Assembly (NCBI GenBank): GCA_023249645.1
Contig: JAHFCF010000004.1
Coordinates: 821 to 64,820 of the forward strand
Length of the DNA: 64,000 nt
DNA from: Elusimicrobiota bacterium
GTDB lineage: Bacteria > Elusimicrobiota > Elusimicrobia > UBA1565 > UBA9628
Direction of reading: 5' to 3'
The notes under the pieces were generated by a model that saw nothing but the letters and a program-made list of their open reading frames with translations, was not told where the DNA came from and did not search any database. Positions within the stretch are counted from its first letter, which is position 1; each line of letters begins with the position of its first letter. This document shows, in pieces, positions 48,885 through 58,731 of the stretch. The translations under genes were made by a program, and so were the position numbers.

Positions 48885-50408
48885 ATGGAAAAAACAGCTC
48901 AAAAAGTCTGGGACCAGGCGCAAGGCCAGGCCAATGCGGATTATATGCGCCGCCGACGGGTCTCGATCGACCCCATCACCCGACTCGAAGGCCATGGGAA
49001 GATCGAGATCTTCCTGAACGACCAGGGCAATGTGGACCGGGCCTACCTCCAGATCCCGGAACTGCGGGGCTTCGAGGTGTTCAGCCAGGGCCGTCCGTCC
49101 GAGGACATGCCGCAGATCACTTCACGGATCTGCGGGGTCTGTCCCACGGCGCACCACATGGCCGCTGCCAAGGCTTTGGACGATCTCTACCAGGTGGAGT
49201 GCCACCCCGTCGGGCGCATGATCCGCGAGTTGGTCTACAACACCTTCATGCTCGAGGACCATGCCCTGCACGTGTACATCCTGGGAGGGCCGGATTTTAT
49301 TGTGGGCCCGGACGCGCCCAAGGAACTGCGCAATGTGGTGGGCGTCATCGGCAAGGTGGGCCTTGAAGTGGGCAAGAAGGTCATCTCCACGCGCCGGCGC
49401 CTGCGCAGCATCATCAACTACGCGGGCGGCAAGGTGATCCATCCGGTCCTGGGCCTGCCGGGCGGCGTGGCCAAGGGAATCTCTCCGGACCAGATCAAGG
49501 AATTCCAGGAGATCGCCAGGGACGGGCTGGAATTCGCCAAGTTCACGCTGCAGGTCTTCAAAGACATCGTCCTAAAGAACGATTCCTACGTGAAGCTCAT
49601 CACCTCAGATGCCTTCACCCACAAGACCTACTACATGGGTCTGGTGGATAAGAACAACAAGGTGAACTTCTATGACGGGGATGTGCGGGTCGTGACTCCC
49701 GAGGGCAAGGAGTATGCCCGATTCCCGATCCGGAAGTATCTGGAGCACATCTCAGAGCATGTGGAGCCTTGGAGCTACATCAAGTTCCCGTTCCTCAAAC
49801 AGGTGGGCTGGAAGGGTTTTGTGGAGGGGGGGACGAGCGGGGTCTATGCCGTGGCACCCATGGCCCGCTTGAACGCGGCCGAAGGCATGGCGACGCCTGA
49901 GGCCCAGAAGGCTTATGAAGAATATTTCAAGGTCCTGGGCGGAAAACCCGTCCATCACACATTGGCCAATCATTATGCCCGCGTGGTGGAGATGATCCAG
50001 GCGGCGGAGCGGATCGTCGAGCTGGTCCATGACCCGAAGATCACCTCGAAGGAATTCCGCACCATCCCGACCAAGACCCCGACCAAGGGTTTCGGCGCCG
50101 TGGAAGCGCCGAGGGGGACCTTGATCCATCATTACGAAACTGATGAGAAGGGTCTCATCCGCAAGGCGAACCTGATCGTGGCGACTTTGAACAACTCGGC
50201 CCGCATCGCCATGAGTGTGGACAAGGCGGCCAAGGGTTTGATCAAGGGCGGCCAAGTGAACGATGGATTGCTCAATCAAGTCGAGATGGCCTTTCGGGCT
50301 TATGATCCGTGCTTCGGCTGCGCCACGCACACGCTGCCGGGCGAGATGCCCTTGGTGGTGACCTTGCGCGATCTCCAAGGCGGGGTCATCCGGGAGATAC
50401 GCCGATAA
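48885..50408 (+). CDS. mvhA: [NiFe] hydrogenase large subunit (MvhA-like)
   Basis: RICGVCPTAH N-terminal and DPCFGCATH C-terminal Ni-binding motifs. Confidence 0.9.
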   Translation: MEKTAQKVWDQAQGQANADYMRRRRVSIDPITRLEGHGKIEIFLNDQGNVDRAYLQIPELRGFEVFSQGRPSEDMPQITSRICGVCPTAHHMAAAKALDDLYQVECHPVGRMIRELVYNTFMLEDHALHVYILGGPDFIVGPDAPKELRNVVGVIGKVGLEVGKKVISTRRRLRSIINYAGGKVIHPVLGLPGGVAKGISPDQIKEFQEIARDGLEFAKFTLQVFKDIVLKNDSYVKLITSDAFTHKTYYMGLVDKNNKVNFYDGDVRVVTPEGKEYARFPIRKYLEHISEHVEPWSYIKFPFLKQVGWKGFVEGGTSGVYAVAPMARLNAAEGMATPEAQKAYEEYFKVLGGKPVHHTLANHYARVVEMIQAAERIVELVHDPKITSKEFRTIPTKTPTKGFGAVEAPRGTLIHHYETDEKGLIRKANLIVATLNNSARIAMSVDKAAKGLIKGGQVNDGLLNQVEMAFRAYDPCFGCATHTLPGEMPLVVTLRDLQGGVIREIRR

Positions 50409-50884
50409 AATCCCGCACGGTCGTTCTGGCGTTGGGCAACGAGATCTTGGGCGATGATGCCGTGGGTTTCCATGCGGCCCGTCGGCTGCGCTCTGAGTTC
50501 GGCCCCGAGGTCGAGGTCGTTGAATCCGGCGAATCCGGCCTGGCTCTGCTCGACCATCTGGAAGGCTGCGAGAGGGCCGTCATCCTGGACGCTGTGGCTA
50601 CGGGAAAGTGTCCTGCAGGGACGATCCTCTCTTGGGATCGCGAGGATTTCAGGCGCTGCGTGGCTCCCAATCAGCATGCGGCCGGCCTGCCGCATATTCT
50701 AGAATTAGCTGAGCAGCTGGGCATGGGATTTCCTCGCCAGCTTCGGGTGGTGGCCATGGAGGTCCAGGATCCGACGATCTTCAGGGAGAGTCTGACTCCG
50801 GAGGCTCAAAAGGCCCTCCCGGATCTCGTGGCCGAGGCCCGACGCATCCTGGCTGCGTGGGGGCATTCGCCATGCACGAACTAG
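50405..50884 (+). CDS. Hydrogenase maturation endopeptidase (HycI/HybD/FrhD family); start codon unclear
   Basis: VVLALGNEILGDDAVG...LLDHLEGCERAVILDAV protease-family blocks; no canonical ATG/GTG near motif, start may be TTG ~50432 or upstream overlapping mvhA. Confidence 0.6.
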   Translation: MKSRTVVLALGNEILGDDAVGFHAARRLRSEFGPEVEVVESGESGLALLDHLEGCERAVILDAVATGKCPAGTILSWDREDFRRCVAPNQHAAGLPHILELAEQLGMGFPRQLRVVAMEVQDPTIFRESLTPEAQKALPDLVAEARRILAAWGHSPCTN

Positions 50885-51279
50885 GGATCATCAAGCAGAT
50901 CGTCTCTACGGTCTGCGACCAGCTTTCCGAGCAGAAGATCAAGTCTCGCGGCGCGGTCAAAAAGATCAGCTTCAAGATCGGCGCGCTGGAGCTTCACGGC
51001 CAGGAATCCTTCCGCCAGATGTTCGGCGTCGAGTCCCAAGGCACGCCTTTGGAGGGCGCATATCTGGTTTTGACTGTCGTGCCGGCCGCGATCAAGTGTT
51101 CGTGCGGTCACGAAGGTCCGGCTGGGGGCGTGGATCATCATTCGGACATGCCCATCGCCGAGTGTCCTTCCTGCGACAAGGTCTGCCGCGTGGAGGGGGG
51201 GCGCGGCGTGGAAGCAATCGATCTGGAAGTGGAAGAGCCGGCTGTGAAGAAGCCCCGCCGAACCGCCAAGAAGTCTTGA
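50872..51279 (+). CDS. hypA: Hydrogenase nickel insertion protein HypA
   Basis: MHELGI start, CSCGHEG...CPSCDKVC zinc-finger pairs. Confidence 0.8.
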   Translation: MHELGIIKQIVSTVCDQLSEQKIKSRGAVKKISFKIGALELHGQESFRQMFGVESQGTPLEGAYLVLTVVPAAIKCSCGHEGPAGGVDHHSDMPIAECPSCDKVCRVEGGRGVEAIDLEVEEPAVKKPRRTAKKS

Positions 51280-51292
51280 ATTGTTTCTTTGC

Positions 51293-51838
51293 TTATCCTT
51301 GTCCAGTTTCATCTGGTACCCTGAAGCCTATTTGCTTGGGTGGATCTTCAGGTTGGGTTAGGATTTCTCGGATGGTATCGAAGAGGGACTGTATCTGTTC
51401 GTCATGGCCGGTTACTTGGTGCTCAATTTTCTCGAGTTTTGCGAGCGCCAGAGCTAGATCTTTATGGGTGTTTACCAGCTGGCGCAGACGGTTGAACACG
51501 CGGACGATCTGAATGCTGGCCGTAACGGCGACCGGGCTATTAAGAACGAAGGCCGCGGCAACAGCGCCGTGCTCGGTGAAGGCATAAGGCAATTTTCTGT
51601 ACCCGCCATGTCGTGCACTTGATGTCGCAAATTGCGACATCAAGTTCTTGAACTCTGCCCGGTTCAGTTGAAACATGAAATCATCCGGGAACCTGGATTT
51701 ATTGCGTTTGATTTGTTCGTTGAGGCGAGCGGTTGAAACGCCATAGAGATCGGCGAGGTCCCGATCCAACATGACTTTTTGTCCTCGGATGATGGAGATG
51801 CGGCGCTCTATGAAGTCGATTTTAATGAGTTCTTTCAT
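51293..51838 (-). CDS. ORF6N-domain (KilA-N-like) DNA-binding protein; low-GC, likely horizontally acquired
   Basis: IRGQKVMLDRDLADLYGVSTARLNEQIKRNKSRFPDDFMFQLNRAEF...KLPYAFTEHG is the typical ORF6N block; GC of the gene (~50%) clearly below flanks. Confidence 0.75.
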   Translation of the reverse strand: MKELIKIDFIERRISIIRGQKVMLDRDLADLYGVSTARLNEQIKRNKSRFPDDFMFQLNRAEFKNLMSQFATSSARHGGYRKLPYAFTEHGAVAAAFVLNSPVAVTASIQIVRVFNRLRQLVNTHKDLALALAKLEKIEHQVTGHDEQIQSLFDTIREILTQPEDPPKQIGFRVPDETGQG

Positions 51839-51893
51839 TTGAATCCCCCTGACTATATACGATTGACCCCCTCATTTAGTTCCCGCATGATGC

Positions 51894-51928
51894 GGAATTG
51901 GAGGTCATAAATTATGACCTCCAATTCC
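51894..51928. repeat. 35-nt perfect hairpin (16-bp stem, 3-nt loop) immediately upstream of the ORF6N gene
   Basis: GGAATTGGAGGTCATA-aat-TATGACCTCCAATTCC. Confidence 0.5.
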
Positions 51929-51974
51929 CTGTGTGATGGTGGGATGCTATCGCGTTTTGCGATACCAGGGCCTA

Positions 51975-52910
51975 TTAAAATTTAAGATTAGGCCGGAAGA
52001 TGAGCTGGCCGCTGGAAGGGATGCGGTAGGTTTCCAGGTTGCCTGAATACTTGTCCCTGCTGTTCCAAAGATAACCGAAGCCCACGCTCAGGATGGCCTT
52101 GTGCCAGGTCAGAGGCCAGTTTTTCTCCATGAGGAAGGTGTGGCCCACGGCGTGGAGGTCGTGTTGGTCGAGGTCGATGCGGTATTCGAAGGCGCTTGAA
52201 AGCAGCCATGACCAGCGCGTGCTCTTGAAGTCGGTCCGATCGCGGCGCAAGCCGATGTAATAGGTGTCGAGGATGTTGCTGTTGTCGTGGAGCTTGGCCC
52301 CGAAGCGGTAGCTCCATTTCAGGCGGCGGTTTTTCGTTTCCTGATCGCCCTTGATCTTGGCCTCAACCTCGATCCAGTGGTCCGGGATGAGGCGATTGGA
52401 GAGGATGTGGTAGTCCCCGCAGCTGGCCAGATACCCCACATAGCCGCGCTCGCGGTGCCCCCGGACTTTGCGGCCCTCGGAATAGTCGATCACCTTGCCG
52501 AAGAACGCGGTGAAAGCCCACGGCTCTTCGAAGCCGGCGGTCAGGGCCTCGACGATATTCGCGCTGGGGGAGGTCTGGGCGTGGTCATAGAAGGAGGGTT
52601 CATTCTGGCGGATGAGGACCCCTGCCAATGGCATGGGGTTGACGCTGGCCTCCAGCACCATGAAGCGCGGGACCAGGGCGTGGGCGAGCATGTCGCGGTA
52701 GGTGTTGAGCTCGGGTTTTTCCACGTCGTTCTCATCGGCTCCAGCCACGAAGGGCACAGTCAAGGACAGCGGGGTGTAGTAGGGGTCGAGCTCCAGATCG
52801 AGGCTCGTCTTCCCCAACGCGCGGGCATCGCTGGCAGTCAGGAGTAGGGCCGCGGCCCAAAGCAAGTTTCGGCGCACAGGGTGAGGACTATCCTGTGACT
52901 CGGATGTCAC
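51975..52910 (-). CDS. Hypothetical outer-membrane/secreted protein (C-terminal Phe)
   Basis: Signal-like N-terminus (LLWAAALLLTASDARA), Tyr/Trp-rich, ends ...FRPNLKF. Confidence 0.45.
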   Translation of the reverse strand: MTSESQDSPHPVRRNLLWAAALLLTASDARALGKTSLDLELDPYYTPLSLTVPFVAGADENDVEKPELNTYRDMLAHALVPRFMVLEASVNPMPLAGVLIRQNEPSFYDHAQTSPSANIVEALTAGFEEPWAFTAFFGKVIDYSEGRKVRGHRERGYVGYLASCGDYHILSNRLIPDHWIEVEAKIKGDQETKNRRLKWSYRFGAKLHDNSNILDTYYIGLRRDRTDFKSTRWSWLLSSAFEYRIDLDQHDLHAVGHTFLMEKNWPLTWHKAILSVGFGYLWNSRDKYSGNLETYRIPSSGQLIFRPNLKF

Positions 52911-52925
52911 GAGGGCTAGGTCCTA

Positions 52926-53903
52926 CTAGTACTTGCCGTTATAGCCAAACCCCACGGTCATGCCCGTGATTATCTTGGCATTATGGTCGGCATTCATGCT
53001 GTTGCTGGGGGCGGGCCCTAGGACCTTCCCAGAGCTGTAATAGGTGGCGATGACAACCGCCCTTGCCAACGGTAGGACGTTGACGGATATTGCTCCTTGT
53101 CCGGAAATCGCTTGATTTCCGTAGACAACAATGCGGCCGTTCACTGTCGTGCTGAATCGTTTGTTCGGTTCACCGAACCGGCCCAGCACCTCGATCCCGA
53201 CGGCCGGTGTTGTCGCTGAAGTGGAGTGTGTTTGGAGGCTGGGGCCGTACGACTCCCATCGGCAGTATTGGCCGCCGGTCACCTGGGTACATATCCAGTT
53301 TCTCCCTCCAGAAGAGTAAGAACAATTCCCATCAACGCCGACATCGCAGCCTTTTTGAAGGTGGGTGATGCCGGCACCGCCGATGGCCTCCACATAAACG
53401 AGATTTTTATCTGTCTCATCGCCTAGCTGCTTGCCTGCGGCCAAGCCCAGCAGAACGCCAGTGAAGCCCTTTTCTCCCTGTCCTTTCAATAAGTCCAAGT
53501 TGTTCTGGCCTGAGCCGGTCTTCATGGAGTCAATGGCCGCCTTGAGCGCGACGTAGCCGCGGTTATGACCGCGTCCGGCTAAGCCGAATTCCGCATCCGC
53601 CGAGTACGTCTGGCCAACACCTCCCGCTGCGCCTACGAACCTGCCGCCAACGCCTCCGACGAATGTGGCGAAGTCGTCCCAACTTCCCTTAAAATGCCCC
53701 TCAACCATCCCGCCCGCTTGAGGCGAAGCGCTGCCGTCTTGGGTTCCCGCGGTGGGTTTTACGGGGACATTCCACCCAGCGATAGACCCGCCCTGAAGGT
53801 CAAGGAGCACACCATCACCCTCAAAGGCCCAGGTGCCGCTTGAGAAAATAGCTGCCGACAGCATCAGCGCGCCGACAGAAAAAATCAATCTATTCTGTTT
53901 CAT
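52926..53903 (-). CDS. Hypothetical Gly-rich secreted/outer-membrane protein
   Basis: Signal peptide (MKQNRLIFSVGALMLSAAIFSSGTWA), Gly-rich repeats, ends ...GYNGKY. Confidence 0.4.
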   Translation of the reverse strand: MKQNRLIFSVGALMLSAAIFSSGTWAFEGDGVLLDLQGGSIAGWNVPVKPTAGTQDGSASPQAGGMVEGHFKGSWDDFATFVGGVGGRFVGAAGGVGQTYSADAEFGLAGRGHNRGYVALKAAIDSMKTGSGQNNLDLLKGQGEKGFTGVLLGLAAGKQLGDETDKNLVYVEAIGGAGITHLQKGCDVGVDGNCSYSSGGRNWICTQVTGGQYCRWESYGPSLQTHSTSATTPAVGIEVLGRFGEPNKRFSTTVNGRIVVYGNQAISGQGAISVNVLPLARAVVIATYYSSGKVLGPAPSNSMNADHNAKIITGMTVGFGYNGKY

Positions 53904-54060
53904 CCGAGTCGATCTCCTTGTTCGTGGGATGCTTCCCACCTTGCCTACAGGATTCTAGCAGAGCCGCGCTCGGCCGATATGGGTCTTTAGGGCAGAAAAA
54001 TAGAAGTCTTTAGACCCACTCCGCGTGGGACTTTCGACCTATGCTGTTTTTTGAGGGGGG

Positions 54061-54546
54061 TTATCCAGCGACCCGGATGCTGGTGATCTCGTCGTTCTGG
54101 CGGATCGCGTCCACGACGTCTTGGCCGGAGGTCACCTGGCCGAAGACCGTATGCACGCCGTCCAAATGCGGCGTGGGCACATGCGTGATGAAGAACTGCG
54201 AGCCGTTGGAGCAATGGCCGGAGAGTTTTTCACCCGAGGCCCGGTCGTGCTCGCAGCTCCCCGCGTGCGCCATGGACAAAGCGCCCTTCGTGTGTTTCAA
54301 GCCCGGCCGGATCTCGCAGTCCGTGGCATAGCCCGGACCGCCCGTGCCCACGCGCGGCCCGCCCGCGCGGCTCAAGGGGTCGCCGCCCTGGATCATGAAA
54401 TCCTCGATCACCCGATGCCACTTCTGGCCGTCGTAGAACTTCTTATTGGCCAGCTTCTCGAAATTTTCGATGGTCTTGGGGCATTCCTTGTCGAAGAGCT
54501 TGATCACGATGTTGCCGCGGCTGGTGACGATGGTCGCTATTTTCAT
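54061..54546 (-). CDS. ppiB: Peptidyl-prolyl cis-trans isomerase, cyclophilin type
   Basis: [30 protein letters not shown] cyclophilin motifs. Confidence 0.9.
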   Translation of the reverse strand: MKIATIVTSRGNIVIKLFDKECPKTIENFEKLANKKFYDGQKWHRVIEDFMIQGGDPLSRAGGPRVGTGGPGYATDCEIRPGLKHTKGALSMAHAGSCEHDRASGEKLSGHCSNGSQFFITHVPTPHLDGVHTVFGQVTSGQDVVDAIRQNDEITSIRVAG

Positions 54547-54578
54547 GAGATGAGCGTAGCAAATTATGGTCTTTTGAA

Positions 54579-55049
54579 TTAAGGGAGTTTTCGGAAGTAT
54601 GTCTTCACGACTTGTGGAGATTCAGCGCAGACCCATGCGGAAAAGCCTTTTTTGACCGCCAAGTCCACCAGGGGGGCCGGAGGGAACGGGGTCGTCACTT
54701 CAAGCAGCATGCCGGATGGAAGTGCCTCCATTTCCAAAAGCACGGCATCCATGGGCCGCTCTCCTTTCTCAATCAGGGGTCGAGCGTCGAACCTCCGTGC
54801 GATTCTGGCCCTATCGAGCCAGGCCGGAGGGTTCGCTGCGCCGCCAGCCTCAGCCACGTCCGCGTCCGGCAGACCCGTGGCCCGGCGTAGTGTGTTGATG
54901 AGATGCGCCAGCCCGATTCCTCCCGCATCGGCCACTTGGCGCAGGGTGGCCACTTTCGCGATGGTTTTACGAAGGATGGGGTTGCGAAGTTTCTGGAAAT
55001 GCGGGGAAAGTGCCATGAGCGTTTCCTCAAGCTCTGGATAGGCCTCCAA
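54579..55049 (-). CDS. Hypothetical protein (DUF1858/DUF2249-like two-domain protein)
   Basis: 156 aa, no catalytic motifs recognised; sits between ppiB and the DUF438-like gene. Confidence 0.4.
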   Translation of the reverse strand: MEAYPELEETLMALSPHFQKLRNPILRKTIAKVATLRQVADAGGIGLAHLINTLRRATGLPDADVAEAGGAANPPAWLDRARIARRFDARPLIEKGERPMDAVLLEMEALPSGMLLEVTTPFPPAPLVDLAVKKGFSAWVCAESPQVVKTYFRKLP

Positions 55050-55099
55050 AAGCTCGGCCAGCCGCGTCTCCGGGGTGATGGATATGGGAGGCTGCGCGC

Positions 55100-56344
55100 T
55101 CAGGGATTCTTCCTCCCGTAGCTGAGCAGGCGCTGCTCGCCTTCAAGTCGGCGCAGAGCCGTTATATCCCGAGTGACCTCCAGCACGCCTAGGTAGCCCC
55201 CGTCTTTGCCGCGCACCGCCAAATACTCGATGTGAATGAATTTTCCTTTGAAATTGATCCAAAACGAGGCGCGAGATTCGCGTCCAGCCTTGAAGTCGTC
55301 CAGTATTTTCTCGACGACGTGGACGGAGGCGGGCGGATGGCAGTTTTGGACCTGGCGCCCCAGAATGGCTTCGTTGCGGTCGAATATCCTATCCGCGCCC
55401 TGAGTAAAGTAGCGCACGGTGTCGTCTTTGTCCACAAAGGTCAGATCGAATGGGAGTGTGTGGAGGATGGCGGTGAGCTCTTCGAGCGAGAGGCTGCCGC
55501 TGGGCATAAGCAGCGCGCCGGTTGGCGCGGCCATCTTTTTTGGACCAGCTGCCGGACCGCGGACCGCGGACCCCGGTTCGGGAGGGATCAAGCAATAGCC
55601 GACCTCCGGGCTTTGGCGGTCGACCTCTGCCCACTCCATTTCAGTGAGGCTGTCGAGGCTCATGGGGAACAGGATGTTCTCTTCTTTATAGATCATTTCC
55701 TCGACAGCGGCCAAGGCCGGCTCGACGGCGAGCTTGGCCGCGGCTTGGAAGCCGCCGCTATCCGAGTCCGCCGCGGCCGCGAGGGCTTCGCGGGCTGCCC
55801 GGAGAAGGGCGCGAGCCTCATCGTGCTTGCCCCACATCACCTTCGAGGGACCTTGGATGCCGTGCCTCTCCAAGAAGGGAAAAAGAAGATACTCTTTGCG
55901 CCGATAATGTTTGTCCACCTCCGCCACTGCGTCCAGGCGGGCTTTAAGAGCTGAGGCGAAGTCCCTTGCCGCAGCCGTCTCAGGCTGCGAGGCGAGGGCC
56001 GCAAGCAGGCTCTTGGCCGCGGAGGTTTCCCGCTCGATAGCCCGGTTCTCGGAGAGGAAAACGGAGACCGGGTGCCCCGGGGGAGGCTGCGGAGCCGGGC
56101 TCTTCTTGACCAGGCCTTTGAGCGCCTGGCTATGCACGTCGCAGAGCTTCTGGATCTCGGTGACGGGCATGCCATCGGCCAGCAGTTCCTGCTCCACCTG
56201 CACCACGAGCTCGTAAGGCACCTCGCCCAACAGGCGCGCGAGTTGGACGCGCACTGCCTCGGGGGCCTCGCCTTTGTGGAGCTGGAGGATCATGTGCTTG
56301 AGCAAAACTCGTTTCCTTCGTGCGTCATCTGTGAGCTCGCTCAT
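55100..56344 (-). CDS. DUF438 / hemerythrin-like / PAS-like domain protein (nitrosative-stress associated)
   Basis: Domain-like blocks only; immediately downstream of qNOR on same strand. Confidence 0.45.
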   Translation of the reverse strand: MSELTDDARRKRVLLKHMILQLHKGEAPEAVRVQLARLLGEVPYELVVQVEQELLADGMPVTEIQKLCDVHSQALKGLVKKSPAPQPPPGHPVSVFLSENRAIERETSAAKSLLAALASQPETAAARDFASALKARLDAVAEVDKHYRRKEYLLFPFLERHGIQGPSKVMWGKHDEARALLRAAREALAAAADSDSGGFQAAAKLAVEPALAAVEEMIYKEENILFPMSLDSLTEMEWAEVDRQSPEVGYCLIPPEPGSAVRGPAAGPKKMAAPTGALLMPSGSLSLEELTAILHTLPFDLTFVDKDDTVRYFTQGADRIFDRNEAILGRQVQNCHPPASVHVVEKILDDFKAGRESRASFWINFKGKFIHIEYLAVRGKDGGYLGVLEVTRDITALRRLEGEQRLLSYGRKNP

Positions 56345-56381
56345 GACACCCTCCGACGCTGCGCGTGCTGCTGTAGCTTCC

Positions 56382-58661
56382 TTAGAGTTTGATGCCCAGT
56401 CGGTCCCAGACCGACTCCCCATCCTGAATGGCAGCGGCCTTGAGGTGCGGGTAGGTCGTGAACAGGAAGTATGCCAGGGGCAGGACTCCCAGAACGATGA
56501 TGATGGTATCCGGTATGATGCGCAGGTTGCCTAGCAGCTGAACCCCGCCGCGTTCGAAGAAGGAAGCATCCCGCGCGGCCCAGAGGCCCTGCGTGTAGCT
56601 TGTCCAGGCCTGTGCGATGCCCACTGGGAAGAGTGTTCCCAGTGCCATGGCCATGAGCCCGCCGTTCATCCCCCAGAAGGAGACCTTCAGGAGCTTGTCG
56701 TTCCAGACCGAGTCCTTGACCATGCCGCGCCAGGAGAACAGCAGCAGCCCGATGGAGAGCTGGCCGTAGACCCCGAAGAGAGCGGTATGCGCGTGGTTCA
56801 TGGTCAGGTAGGTGCCGTGCTCGAAGTAGTTGACGATGGGCAGGTTGATGAGGAACCCGAACACTCCGGCGCCCAGGAAGTTCCAGAAGGACGACGCCAC
56901 CAGGAAGTACATGGGCCAGCGGTAGGGGAAGCTCTCCCCGTGCCTGCGGACCGCGCGGAACTCCATCATGCCCCTCACGACCAGGCCGAAGAGAGGCACC
57001 GGCTCCAAAGATGAGAACACCGAGCCCAGGGCCAGCCACAAGGATGGGCCGCCGTACCAGTAATAATGGTGCGCGGTGCCCAGGATGCCGGTGAGGAACA
57101 CCAGGGCGGCGGTGAAGTACCCGACCATCAGGGCGGAGCGGGCTGAGGCCAACCCCATGCTCACCAAGAGCAGCGAGATGACGCCCACCCCGAAGAACTC
57201 GAATATGCTCTCCACCCAGATGTGCACCACGAACCAACGCCAATAGTCGGCGATGCTGAGGTGGGTTCCCTTGCCGTAGAAAAGCCCGAACCCGAAGAAG
57301 GCCACCACCAGAACGGCGCTGAACACGTAAAAGCCGACCAGGGAGCTGTATTCGCTGTTCTCGCGGTTGATCACATGCCGGCCCACGGCCCGGTACACGA
57401 TGAGCAGCCAGGCGATGAGGCCGCCGAAGAGCAGGATCTGCCAGACCCGGCCCAGTTCCAAGTATTCCCAGCCTTGATGCCCGAACCAGAACCAGAGGTT
57501 CCCGAGCAGGCCCTTGATGCCCAAGAGCTCTCCGGTCAGGCTGCCCACGGCGACCAGGACCACGGCGGCGAAGAGGCCGTGGACGAGCAGGCGCTGGTTC
57601 TTCGGTTCGCGGCCGCCAACGATGGGAGCTAGGTAGATGGCTGAGGCGATCCAGGTCGTGGCGATCCAAAAGATAGCCAGCTGCAAGTGCCAGGATTTGG
57701 CCACGCTATAGGGGATGAGCTTGCCGACGACCGGCAGATAGAACGTTCCTGGATGCACGGTGTAGTGGGCCAAGAGTCCGCCGAAGGTGGTCTGCAGAAG
57801 CAGCAACGAGATGACCACCAAAAAGAACTTGGCCGCCGCCACCTGACTGCCGGTCAGAGGCGTGCGGATGAGTTTCTCAGCCAGGGCTGGCCCCGCGGGA
57901 TCGCCGTACCAGATGTGGTAGTGGTGGATGAAAAAGATGAATAGGCCAAGGACCAGGAACAAGGACAATATGCCGCCCAGGCTCCAGAGGTAGACCTCCG
58001 CGGTGGGCACGTTGCCCGCAGCGCGGTCGGCCGGCCAATTGTTCGTGTAGGAGTAATCCTTGCCAGGGCGGTTGGTGGAAGCGGCCCAGGCGGTCCAAAA
58101 GAAGAAGCGGCCAAGCTGCAGGCGCTCCTCCGCTGTGGGCACGGCGCCAGGCAGGATGCCGTAGCGCTGAGCGCCGTTGGCGAAGGTATCCTCCCAGTGG
58201 CTGCATACGTCCGTCAAAGCAGCGTTCTGCTCCGCGGACAAGGCGAGGGTGTCCTTGTCGGCGTCATAGCGGTTCTCTCGGATGATGCGCCGCGTCTTCA
58301 TGTCCACCGCGTCGCGCTGGTCCTCGGCGAGCTCCGCGTAGGACTTCGCGTAGGTCTGCGTCGCGACCTGTCCCCGGACCGATTCGACGATGATGTGCAA
58401 GGTTGCGGCGGAGAACTCCGGTCCGCGCTGTGAGCCGTGTCCCCAGACGCTGCCGTGGTCCATCAGGCCGTAGCGCTGGAATACGCCCTGGCCGACCATG
58501 ATGTCAGCTTTGGCGAACAGGGCTTGCCCCGAAGCGGCAAGCACCTGGCCCGGATACGGCGGCACTCGGTTCGCCATATGCGCGCCGCCCGCCAGCAGTC
58601 CTCCCAAAGCGATGAAGAAACTCAATATTGCCGCCCGCCTCAGATTTTTGACTGTCATCAC
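56382..58661 (-). CDS. norZ: Quinol-dependent nitric oxide reductase large subunit (qNOR, NorZ)
   Basis: 759 aa: N-terminal periplasmic extension + 12-14 TM heme-copper-oxidase-like core with conserved His (HHYHIWYG, HHYYWYG). Confidence 0.9.
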   Translation of the reverse strand: MMTVKNLRRAAILSFFIALGGLLAGGAHMANRVPPYPGQVLAASGQALFAKADIMVGQGVFQRYGLMDHGSVWGHGSQRGPEFSAATLHIIVESVRGQVATQTYAKSYAELAEDQRDAVDMKTRRIIRENRYDADKDTLALSAEQNAALTDVCSHWEDTFANGAQRYGILPGAVPTAEERLQLGRFFFWTAWAASTNRPGKDYSYTNNWPADRAAGNVPTAEVYLWSLGGILSLFLVLGLFIFFIHHYHIWYGDPAGPALAEKLIRTPLTGSQVAAAKFFLVVISLLLLQTTFGGLLAHYTVHPGTFYLPVVGKLIPYSVAKSWHLQLAIFWIATTWIASAIYLAPIVGGREPKNQRLLVHGLFAAVVLVAVGSLTGELLGIKGLLGNLWFWFGHQGWEYLELGRVWQILLFGGLIAWLLIVYRAVGRHVINRENSEYSSLVGFYVFSAVLVVAFFGFGLFYGKGTHLSIADYWRWFVVHIWVESIFEFFGVGVISLLLVSMGLASARSALMVGYFTAALVFLTGILGTAHHYYWYGGPSLWLALGSVFSSLEPVPLFGLVVRGMMEFRAVRRHGESFPYRWPMYFLVASSFWNFLGAGVFGFLINLPIVNYFEHGTYLTMNHAHTALFGVYGQLSIGLLLFSWRGMVKDSVWNDKLLKVSFWGMNGGLMAMALGTLFPVGIAQAWTSYTQGLWAARDASFFERGGVQLLGNLRIIPDTIIIVLGVLPLAYFLFTTYPHLKAAAIQDGESVWDRLGIKL

Positions 58662-58693
58662 GTATCCCCCTTTCAGATATTCAAGAGCATGAC

Positions 58694-58710
58694 TGCTATC
58701 AATGATAGCA
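58694..58710. promoter_or_regulatory. 17-bp palindrome TGCTATCAaTGATAGCA in divergent norZ / rrf2-hcp promoter region; candidate Rrf2 (NsrR-like) operator
   Basis: Perfect 8-bp arms; overlaps an ATGACtgctATCAA box (58689-58702); TATAAT at 58723-58728. Confidence 0.4.
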
Positions 58711-58731
58711 TAATAGTACTATAATACCACA

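Noticed and set aside
53940-54060. Short direct repeat (GTCTTTAG x2) and a small CCCAC...GTGGG stem after ppiB
   Set aside because: Too short and imperfect to call a terminator or repeat element with any confidence.
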